From NCBI GenBank assembly GCA_002633005.1, contig NMRA01000729.1, positions 107,353-171,352 of the forward strand: a stretch of DNA of 64,000 nt, given 5' to 3'. The notes beneath the pieces were generated by a model that had not been told where the DNA came from, made no database searches, and was given only the letters and a program-made list of their open reading frames with translations. Below, one piece after another: positions 1-12,200 of the stretch (within the stretch, counting starts at the first letter, position 1; every line of letters begins with the position of its first letter). Source of the DNA: Phoronis australis (taxonomy: Eukaryota; Animalia; Phoronida). The translations under genes were made by a program, and so were the position numbers.

Positions 1-283
1 AATTCCAGCGTGACGCCTACCACAATCGGCATATATTGGAAATCACCTGTCCCCAATGGATGTCGTGTTAAAGACTACGAAATTCAGTGCGAGCTCAAAG
101 AGGTGCTAGCGTGTGGTTCCACCTTCAAAAAATCAGATGAACTTTTGACGCTCACTACTGATACACTAGCGACTTCTTTGGACAACCTTCGTCCCTATGC
201 ACGCTATGAAATAAGTGTACGTGCAAGAACTGCAACGCTAGATGGCGATGAAGAAAAGATAACTCTAAGGACCAGTGTGTCTG
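1..283 (+). CDS. Gene A exon, FN3 domain (partial)
   Basis: [16 protein letters not shown]...[18 protein letters not shown]; donor GTAAAT at 284, phase 1. Confidence 0.92.
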
Positions 284-3200
284 GTAAATATTTCTTAATA
301 AATTGTAACGTTACTCAAGTCTTGTAGTGTGTATCAGTTGGATTCAAGTAGAAACAAACTACGCTCATATGATTTGGTGGGAGCTCAAGTAAAAATGTGT
401 CCGTGACAATTTCTTCCATAAGTCTTCAATGATATATCATTTGTATGGGATTGGTATTTTGACACTTTGTGTAACTCAGCCCTTGGATTATAGAAAGTAA
501 TATGTCACGTTAAGAAACGTTAAGCATGATTTGAACAACTGGTGAATATTGATCATTTTACTAAGCATTATCTCACGTTTCAGCACCGTCTAAGCCTCCG
601 ATTAATTTGAGGACTTCAGAAAATTCTTCAAACTCGTTGAAATTCCACTGGCAACATCCGTCTTGCTTATCATGGAATGGGCCAATTACACGTTATGATT
701 ACCAACTACATAGGCAAAAATCACCATGCCTTTCTGAGGAAGTTTCGAACGGCTCCATCAACACACTTTCCCAGAAGTTTGACAGCCTTAACTCTCAATC
801 GAATTACTCATTTAGAGTTCGAGCTTCAAATAACAATCTTGCTGGACCATGGAGTGAATGGAGTTATAGCGTGACCGCAGAAAGTGGTAAGAAATTGAAT
901 TTATTTATACGATGTTCAGTAACTAAGAGATGTTTGACCTTCAAGGACATCGTTCTTTCCGCAATACAAGTTACTGAAGACATCTGGTAAGATCACGTGT
1001 CTTGATTGAAATGCATTGATCCGAGCGTTGAGAATAGCCAACTTTTAACTATTCTACAGCTAGTGCGAGTTTTCCACGAGTGACTTGAGTAAAATTTCCT
1101 ACAGTCAAGAAATGAGCACTTGTTGGAATTATAAAACTTCGTGAAGGATAAAGAACACTTGGGCAAAAGACCTGAAATATTTAATGGCTTGCGACACCTT
1201 TTAGCCCAATGTAAAGTTTTCAAATATACATGTTCATTTAATCAACAAGAATTTATTGAGATGTTGTTCTTGTTCTTGTTCCTATAGCTCCACCTGCACC
1301 TGGAAACCTCAGTTTAATGGACATGAACAGAACGGCCGTCACTATTGGCTGGAGATCCCCGTGTCCCCCAAACGGCATCATTCGTGAACATCAACTGGGA
1401 TTCCGAAATCTCAATGACGGGCTCGAATTTCGTTATATATCATGTTTAAGATGTTTTTCCTTTACAATTCTTAACCTCAACTTTAAACACGTTTACGAGT
1501 TCAAGGTAATTAGAATTTGTTTTAACAGTTTTATTGTAAACTGATGGAAACAGCAAACCTTCACTGCAAGAGTCTGGGGCTAAGTGGATATCATTTTAGT
1601 TGGTGGGTATTAATACCAAAATGTAAAGAAATACAACTGCATCCTGGATATCAAAAATAGCTAAACAATACAAGTTTCTTTCCACCAAGCAGTGTTATCA
1701 ATGAGCCACGTTTTTTTCACGTGAATGGGTGGTGCAGGTTGTTACCGACCGATGATAATGGCTTTCGATGCAACGATAGATTGAAGACTGGTTCGAGTTA
1801 ATCACTTTATTACTCTCGACCGTACGTTAACATGTCTACAAAACGTCTAACATAATGTCTAGTCTATGCTCCAGCCAGAGAAGCGAAGCCTTGACTTGTG
1901 ATGAACTTCTGAGACACGTTCAGCAATTGTTACACTTTCTGATTCATTAACATGCTGCCTCTATTGCTGGTTCTCTATTGACTAAGGCTGAAACTGCTGA
2001 CTCTTTTCACTGCAGCTCAACTATAACTTCAACTACATTAACTGACTTAATCTGACATTCAACTCCAACATTAACTCAACTCACAGTCACTAATCCGTGA
2101 GCAAGCTTATACAATAACTTTTCAGAATCTACCCAATCATTTTATAAACATATACTAGGCTCTAGAATATTCCAACGTGCATTAATCACTAAGATACTGG
2201 AACCTTCTAGAATGTCCCCAGCTATTCTATTATGAACAAAATTTCATCATCACTCGCATCGGCTCGTGGGTCATGTCATTCAAGAAGTGGCTATCTGCTA
2301 CTACACAAACAGAACAGTAAAATAAAAACTTGTCGTGAACTAGTACCAGTGTCAGTCTACTCCTGACACCATGTAACATATTCTTTAGAACAGAATTGAA
2401 CCCTGTGTGGATCTTTTAACCTTTGACGTGTATTCCAGATTCGGGCAAAAACTTACAAATGGGGTTCATGGAGTAGTTCGATCTTTGAAACGTTGCAAGA
2501 AAGAGGTAAGGTTACCGTAATTGTGTATCACCGTGTCCATACTCGAGTCATTCAGGGTAACAGGAAGTGTTGCTAGTCTCCACACTATTTTCCAGTACTA
2601 CTGACGATGTGTAACCCTAAACCACTGTCTTCCAAAGGTGGCGCTGTGACAGAGAGTAACGTGCACGCTACTTACTGCTTCTTTCTTGTGATCTCATGAT
2701 TTTAAACTTCAAATGTTTTCCACCTTATGCTCGAACGACTATCTAAAAACTGACTTCTAATGGCGTATTTTTTCGAAATGCGTTAGTCAACTCAGTGATC
2801 TTTCCAGACTCAAATTATTGGATAAAGTGGCACCATCAACATATACGTACTCTTACTGTCAAAGTATGCATTCTAAAAGTTTCATGGAGGCAATTCGTAG
2901 ATTAATTGAATGTTAAATGCATTGTATACTTAACAGAATTTCTCTTTCGTTAGTGAAATAGTTCCAGGATATTGAGAAACACATGACATTTTGTTTATGA
3001 TTATGTATTTTGACCTCAGTTCCTATAAGGCCAGGCGACGTTATTTGCACGGCAAGAAAACAGACTTCCATATCAATACGATGGGTGGAACCTACTCGAA
3101 AAAATGGCCTCTTGACACAGTACAGCGTAAGTGTATTGATGTGCTGAAGAAATAACGCAGGGATTACAGGAATACCTATGAGATGAAAATTTTGGTATTA

Positions 3201-6200
3201 AAGTGTTTAGTGATTTATTATTGCTCTTCTCTTCAAGCGGCTATGAACCTCCCTTTCGTCTCAACAAAACGATTTTTGATTAAGACGACACTAACCATTA
3301 TGGGATGGTGGGAAATATTCCTTATTCAAAGTTGATGTGATTTCTGGACTTAGAAACTGCTTGAGATCGAGGCTCTGGAAGTTGTCGTGTCAAAGGTGTC
3401 ATTTTATGAGCTCAGCATACTCTCGAACAGTAACCAATTGTAACTTCTTCCTAACATCTGAGTAAGAAACAAGCTGAAAATAAGTTTATAACTTTACGTG
3501 GTACTTATAAATCAAAAGTGCCACTTTATCGTGAACACTATAAAAACACTTAATGTAATAAAACTACAAAAAAACAATTCTTTTTATCAGACTTGCTATT
3601 CCCTTGACCTTACATAGTGACGGGTAAAACATTTTATGAATACTGTAAACAACCATTATGCATTTTGAACATGAAAAATAATATACAAAAGATAGTGTTA
3701 TGGTCGAAGAGTAATTTATTTCTAGCTTAACAATTGTTTTTATCAGATTTGCCGTTCTTGTGACCCTACGCATTAAGTAAAAAGTTTAGAAATGTATCAT
3801 TACATGTAATGAGGCATGGGCGTTAATATTGACATGGGCTTTATTTTGAGGTATTTAGGCGTTGCCGTATGGAGTGGCGTGCTTCATTCAGGTCACAGAC
3901 GTTTTACGTGATTGTAGATTTCTTGGACGGTGGCAAATGGAAGACGCGTATCTGCGATCGTGGATCCTAGTATATTGACCTTTGATGTTCCTGATCTGGA
4001 GCCAGGCACGCGGTATACGGTGTTCGTGCGAGCGAGTACTTCTGCTGGATTTGGACCGCCGGCAGAAACAGACTGTTGGACAGCTTTGTCAGGTATGTTT
4101 TGAGGACCGTTGTACCAAGATGTTTTGGACTATTACTTTCCAAGATTTTGAGAGTCTGTTTTGCACTCGTAAATTGCTAACGCTCAACAAATATTTTTTG
4201 GGTTTGTTTCACCAAAAGCGATGTGTAAAAAATACAAAATAGTTAAATCTTGTCTCAATTTTTTTGCAGTGCGCACGTGCGTTTTTGCATATACCAAAGC
4301 TAGAGTATGTGCTCAACTTGAATATCTTTCAGTGCTATACACTGCATTACATTGGATTCCTCGTGGTATTCATATCCCATCCATTACTTTTGCATACTAA
4401 TTAAAACTGAATTTCCTCGGCTTCACGCTGCAAAAAACGAAAAATGAATTGACCAACAATGCTCATAAGATCGGTTTCATAATATTCCTTTCAGTTTTAT
4501 ATAATGAGCATCAAAAACATATTATGTGTGCAATGAGATAAATATAGCTCATTGTGTGCATATATATCTGTGCGGTGCATTAATTTCCATTTTGATCGTG
4601 TGGTGCCCAAAACTAATGTGTTCATCTGATCCCTACATCTACGAGGTACGGGAGAAATTCCTTTTTTGAGTGTTAAGATTTTTTTAACTGACAACCGAAA
4701 CAGCGCACCAACATGATCTCGATTTTCAGACATTCCCAAAATTCAATTACCACCGACGGACCGTGACGAAGTGACTACAACCACTGCAACGCTACCTATT
4801 ATACCTGTAAGAGACTACCAAAACAAAGATCGCATCAAGTAAGAACTTTGTCTATTACTTCGTGTATGTAAAGAGTGAGCTATTTACATGAGTATTAAAT
4901 GGTTATTGCCACCCACAGTCACGTCAATGTGCCATCACTGTTGGTCGACACTTGCACCTTCGTATTGGTCATTAAAGATGATAACCTTTCACCTGCTTAT
5001 TTAATAAACTTGCCACTAGCTATGACTCAAAACCAAGGTAAAGACGTACACCGTGTCATGTTTGGGCTAAACGTCTCTACAGTACTCAGCTTCATGTGTG
5101 TCTCTGTAATGTTTTTCCTGTCATTTGTTATATCTACCATCTTTGTTAGCCTTTTAATGTGCCCACATATTTATATGTGGGTGCATATTGCCGTCATGAA
5201 TGTCCGGCGTCCGCAGTCGTAGTCCTAAATCTTTCAGAGGATCTTGATGAGCTGACAACGAATGACGACGAATTTCAGACGGATCCGACTACTGGTTTGC
5301 CACCTACTGGCAAGTTCAGGTTTTTACGGTCCTCAACGGATTTTCATCACATTTGAAACATTTATTAATGCGATGACCCTGTATTTCCGTTTTAGGATCA
5401 ATTAAAATTATTTAACGCCACCTAGTGGCCATTATAACTGCTTTCGGGTTTGTTTTTTACCTCCGCCCCACTGCCAACCAAACCACGCTAAAAATGATTA
5501 CCAAAATTGGCATATTTGTTTTAGGTGTGAACGGGACAGTTGAAGATGATTTTCCGAGGACTCCGACAACTATGGCGCCTCTTAATGAAAATTTTGCGCC
5601 TAAACCCACAGCCCGGATCTCTATTAAATTTAGCAAGTGTATTTATATGAAGTTGACCACGGACATCACCAACTTTCAAGCGGCAATTTCATTTAGTTCC
5701 GTTTCCCTCAGTTTCTCTGAAGTTCGTTGACGGATTTTTATGAAATTTGGTGAATGGCTTTCTATTAAAGAACTTATGAATTTTTCACTTTTTCGAATGC
5801 ATTGGACTATTTTGCACCATCTAGTGGCTATTTGTTCTGTTTTCTAGTCTAATTTTGGCCTCTGCCCAACTATCAACCACACCACTCTCAGAATGAAAAT
5901 TGACGTCTGTGTTTCTACTGTAAAAAGCGTGATTGATAGCGATTTTCGGTCCATTCGGACTACCGTGACGCCCTCTTGTGGCAGTGTTTTGCATCAATAG
6001 CTGTATCTCCCAAGTGCTATATGCAGTCGACAACGGACAACGACGTCATTTGGATGGAACCAACAAGCACTNATTATATTTTTCGTTGTCCTCTGTATCA
6101 TTGAAATTCGATGACAGTTTTTTTTTGGAATTTAATAAATAGGTTTCTGATAAGACGACGACACCTTCTCATTTTCGGGCACCGAGATCTGGTGAATTCT

Positions 6201-9200
6201 GCGCGTCTCTGTAGCCGTTTTAATAATTTTAGTACGTTTTTGACACCACCCTCTCGATCCACTATACCGCTTGAAGGAAAATAAGTAAAATTTGGAGATG
6301 TGTTCCTGATGAGAAGACCGAGTCTGACGTTGATTTTCGGACGTGTTCAACTCCTCTGCCCCGCTTCTTTGTGGCAATTTTTTGCGTCCACGGCTGTATC
6401 TCCTTATCCTTTGCAAGATCTTCCCGACATTTAGCAGACATTTACCTGTGGTGATGACAAGTGACGACGGCCAGCTTCGGTCCAATCCAACTACAGCTGT
6501 GCTCCTAGTGGCAATTTTATTTTTTACTTTCACCTCAGTAACTCCGGAGTTCCTTTATGCTTTTTCATAAAATTGGGAAACAAATGTGTATCATGAAGGA
6601 CTTGGCGTATTCTTCGCCAACTATTGGTCATTTTAATTATTTTAGTCTGTTTTTATTCTGTTTCTGTATCTGCCAAATTGCCCAAAGGATCATTATGAAA
6701 ATTGGTAGATGTGTTCCTACTGACAATATTATGATTGAATTGAATTGTCAAACTGGTCCAAATAATAACCTCTACTGATATTTTTCGTATCAAAGACTCT
6801 ATCTCATAAACTACACTTTTGAATTGTTGCAGTTGTATTCCATGGGCGGCGTAGCACTGAAAAAAGTGAGGAGCTATAGCCCCATCCCCAGCACCCTATG
6901 GTGCCCCACTCACGAGTCCTATTAACTTGAAAGCAGATGGATGGATTCGACTACTGCTGTATTTCCTAAAGTTAGCTTTTTACGTTTGTCTTTGTATCTT
7001 TGGAGTTCTTTGATGGATTTTCATAAAATTTGGGAAATTATTTTGAGAGCAATGACACCTTGCTATTTTTATTAGGGTTCAATGTGTTCTGGGCCACCCA
7101 ACTGCCATTTTTTATATAAATAAACACCCCTAGAAGTTCACCGCTTGTGGTGCATTCATGGCCGCATTTCAACGCTCTCCGTTGCTCTTGTTTAACTGGA
7201 TATAATCGGCAAAAGGTGATTTAGAACAGCCCATGTGCGGATTTGAACCGGAAACTTCGATCGAAGCCAAACGCACTGCTAGTCTAACTAAATCTCAGTC
7301 GATCAATGAAAGAGTAATTTAGGCGTGTTTAACTGGTAAAGACATCGGTCTTGATGTCAATGGGATTTGCAGAAAATGACAAAAAATACCACGGCTTTTA
7401 TTGTTTTATAGCTTTACGTCTTTAACTGAAGCTGTGTTACTTAATTCTGCAGTTTGACAATAAACAAATGTTTTTATCAGTTTTTGTGTTAAGTTGTTTT
7501 TGTTTTTGCATAAGATTTTGGAAATATAGAGACCGAGAAACGATCCCATCGAGGGGTGTGTTCTAAATTTACCAGCCCGTAAAATTATTGAGATGCACAA
7601 AAATCTACACCATCAAATCCCTTGTCAAAAATATTTTTACCCATCACCCACCTAGTTGTACCATGTTAATTAACACCCAAGGTCACTGCTAACGTTTCGC
7701 CCCTGAGCAATAATTATTGGGCGGTCCATGACCCTCAACCTTGTTCCCATCCCAGATTCCGACGGCTAGGGCCATGAATTTAAACGCTCTTTAAAAACAG
7801 GTTTTACCTCGTGGTTGTTGAGCTGATGCCCACCAGTAAAGAGACCAGATTAATAGATGTTTGGACGTTGAAAGGGTTCTGCGAGGCGAAGACTAATGGC
7901 AGTTATCGATATATCACTGCAAAGTTGACCGTCGATGACGTACTAACAAATGGAACAATCTTTGTTGGAGACGGAAAAGTTTACGGAGGCTACGTAAATG
8001 TGGCGCTTGAACAAGGCAAAAAATACAAGTTTAAATTCGGAGTTGTTGTTCAGAATGAAGTCGTAAGTAACTTAAGTTCACAGTAAAGTTCACTGAATTT
8101 TGATTCTGTCCTGTACCGGCATTCGTTGAAGTAGTGTTCCATGAATGGTGAAAATGAAAATTCGAGTGACATTAATTTACAAAACCGAATGTCTTTTTTA
8201 AGTTGCATTCATATTTGTGTTTTGTTTCTTCTTTCAGGAGACCAAGGCACATTTTCAAGTTTACCAGTTTAAAGAAATGTCTCCAAGTGGCTATATAGAA
8301 GGTTTGTTTATACTACATATTTCCAAGTTTAAAGTCCAAACCATAACATGAAAATGGACTTAGAAGTGGTAGCTACGTGTTCTGCTTACTTGATATTTCG
8401 ATTTTGCAGGTGCACTGACCACAACTATAGCTTTTGCTGAACTTCGACGTGCTATAGGCTACATTATCATGTATTTCAAAACTGAACACATGACGCTGCA
8501 AAGAACTACCATTCATATTGCATACTGCATATTTTAAAGGAGAATGCCACCCGATTTAATTAGTCCTTTTTGCCGTCTTAATTGGACTATATCCACATCG
8601 CCTCGCATACGGTCGACCTTACCTTGCCGAGAGGTGTCGCGATAACCGATGAGGAAGGTGAGAAACCACTCAGCGACGTCAGTGGTTCACTTGCGGAGTG
8701 AATGCCGCTATGTTGCGGTGCATCGTTCCCGCTTTTCCGAACTATGCAGCTGCGAGGAAAGCAGGTGTATTGTTTTTTCGACTTCCTCGAGAGTCCGAAA
8801 TGCTTAGGAAGTGGCTCGCGGTAGTGAAGAATAAAAAGTACGCTGTAACTAGCAATTATGAGGTTGTGAAACATCTCTGTGTCTATGGCCTGCAGTCGTC
8901 GCGGGACAGTGCCTGACGAATGTCGGCTTACCAAATACCTATCTATACGTACCGTTGTCTGAGCTTGTTCACGGCGCCTCTCTAGTATTTCTCCATCATT
9001 GTATTCCTGTTTGAACTGATAGCCTGTGAAACTTAACGATCCACCTGAGAAGTCTTCGTCGGGATGAGCTCTCGTCTAAGTCGGGATTGCGAGTTGTCAT
9101 GTTGACGCTTATTACTGAGCGTTCCGTTTCAAAATGAATTATTCTCACAAATAGCAATATTTATATAAAATTGAAACAAAGTCTGTCTCATTAGATGCAG

Positions 9201-12200
9201 TTTGTAATGCCTTTGGAGTGTTCGTGAGTGCAAATGATTTGACAGCCAGCAATGAATAAATCACTGCGTTACCGGCTTTAGGTGCAATAAAACTAATTGA
9301 CGGGACACCGAGGCCGTGTGAGCTCATTCTAATTTAGTGTTTGCTGGCAGAAACTGTTGCGAAACAACTCGATTTCCATCCCACGGCCAGGTGTTAGGGG
9401 AATCTTTATTTACATTTACATTACTCAAATAATAATTGTCAATGTACAACTTCTGCCCTGACGGTGCTGTGGCCAAAGCGGAACCTGAATTCGCGGCCCC
9501 CGACGAGTAAGTAGATTTGCAATTTCGTGGCTAATTTGCCAACATAATCACGTGCACCTTACTTCTTTGACTCACTAGTATAGCATTTTCATGACTGGAA
9601 GGTTAGTTTCCAACTTTGGCTGGTTTGTGATCGTGATGTCTGATCGGTTTCCGAGCCACTTGCCGGGATATGACGAGTCAGTCCGTCCCCGACGGGCCCG
9701 ATCGGGCTCCGAGCGGTTGGCCAGGATAACAAGCGTTTTGTGCGTTTAGAACTTAAAAAACAACACAGATCTGGGTTCTCCTGCCTGTATCTCACTGAAA
9801 CATACTTCGAATTTATCTCCGAAAAGACCCCAAACTCCTGCTAAGAACCTTATTGGCCTTCCGAACTTTGTAGGCTACAGTTTGTCCAAACAGCAATAAA
9901 TCCGTAACAGCAAAATAAAACAACACGTTTTTATAAGAACTCGGTGTATTTTTAAGGGTTTTACATCGAAGTTTGATGATTTATTGGTGTTAAACGATGA
10001 ATTCAAGCAATAAGCTGACACCAGTAACCCGTGTTGAGAACTGCTGAACAGACTGCGTGTGAAACCAATTACGTCAATGGATAATTTCAGGTGACAGGTA
10101 ACGCAACCGTACGTGCCCTTATGGAGTAGAATTACTCGATCTGAGTTGATACAAATTAAGTTGTTTTTTGGGTGGCATGCTCCTTTAAAGCTATTGGTTT
10201 GGTGTATTTATGTGAGAGTTGCTTATGTGTTTGCATTGCAAGTCATTTTTACTGGTATTTTCACCAACCCTAGCGAAGAACTATAAACAAGCCCGAATGA
10301 CAACCGTAGGTGGCGCAATTGGTGGAGTTGCAGTGTTTCTACTGGTGGTGGTCGTTGCAGTTTTTATTTACCAGAGGTAAGATTGTAAAAACGGAAACAA
10401 TGTGGCCGTGCCCGCCGCCGTACCCAGGCTGGCCCGACGGGTGCTTAATTGCCACCCTCACGAGTAGATGAAGTCCACCTAAGGAATCATTTATGGGCAA
10501 TTTAAGTCATCCTCATAGGGATTAAATTTGTTTGTAAAGAGAATGAAGAAACTATGACGTGAAAGATTGTGGACTGTGGAGTGGAAAACTAGCTGTGACG
10601 GGTACAGTCTGTCCATAGAAAAGCAAAACGTCCTCTAACAACAAGTTTGCACTTTCCCGTTGCAGTAAATGGCTACGGGCATTGTGGTCTGGCAAATTGC
10701 CGCGATAATTTGTCAACATGACGGGCAACTATGAACTTTTGGAGAACAACCTTCTTTTAAAAATCCCCACCGTCGTCGACGGTGGTTTTGACATGACTTT
10801 CCATATCAAATGGCCCGCTGATGTAAAATGTTCACTGCGAATATTTTGTTTAGATGCATGTCCTATACAGATAGTCCAGGCCTGAATCAGAAATGTTGAA
10901 CTGTGTTCTGATGTTTTAGCTGGTGTTTACTTAGTTTGAGTGATTATAGATAAAACACAATTGAGCGTGCAAATACGTGTTGCCTCAACTACAGTCACAA
11001 AATGTTGACAACTCCGTCCCGACGGTAATCATGCATTCACAAATTTTCTCCATGTGTTCATTGAGTCTATCATTACCGAGTGAAGGGACCTGCAATTACG
11101 ATGGGCGGCCCAGCGCTGGGGGCTATAGCTCACCCAGCCCCTATAGTGCGCCACCCATGATAACATAGTTTCAAAGCAAAACATGACAAATTATGTACCG
11201 TCAGAGGTCCTAAAGTCGTGAGTGCCCTAAAGTCGTGAACGATCTTATTTCCTCTTCTGCGCGATCCTGCGACATCTGGCGTTGAAGTTTCCAGCGTTCG
11301 TCTGCTTACGAACGTCAAACGAATACCCGGACGAGTTCGTATTCACAATATGATAACAAACAGTGAGTGAGTGGCTTCTTTTTTCAAATGTATCTTAAAA
11401 ACAGCATATTTCACTAATTCACTTTTGGGGCATGTTTGGGATATATTTTCGAAAATATTTATCGTTCAGATTTACTCAAACACGCGCTCCAGGGGTAGCT
11501 TGAACAATGTATCAAAATGTCCCAGGGTCGATAAAGTTTTGTAAGGCCAAAACAATAAAATACAGAGCGATAATTGATGCTGGGTTCTTGGCGTTTTATG
11601 TGAACAACCTCATTGAAAACGTCTTTGCACATCAAAGTTGGGTGCAAAACTTATAACAATTTATTTCAATTGAAACTGAATTAATAAACAATGCAATGCA
11701 TTTTTATGTCATCTAGAGTAACTGTAAGCACTGTAGTTGACTTGTGTGGTCATACTTCGTACGTTTCCGTCTAAACGAAACGTTCACGACTTTAGGGCCT
11801 CATTCTCTGCTTACGGATACAAACAAGGATTAAGATTTTCAAAGCACGTATATATGTGAAGACTGATATATGTCCATGACATCACAAGAGCAGTTGCAAA
11901 CGGACACTGGGTAGTATGACAATCAACTGCTTATTATGCTTATATTCACGACTTTAGGTCACCGGTGTATATTTATTTGGGCAATTTTACGTCCTGATTC
12001 ATACGATCAAACCAAGGAGTGTAGCAAAATAGGAGAGTTCACTTGCGAGTTCGCTGTTACCGCTACTACTAGCGCCGCCAAGTGGTGAACAAGCAACGGT
12101 CAACAAGGAAGCGCTAAAACAATGGGGAAGGATGCATTTTGCAGTACGATAAATTGCACCAATTCATCCACGACAACCCCAGACGTGTCATTTTTCAGGT

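Noticed and set aside
4899-7190. Several hydrophobic ORFs in the 3-kb gene A intron
   Set aside because: They have no counterpart in gene B, whose flanking exons join directly in phase. The region looks like decayed interspersed repeat that could not be classified.
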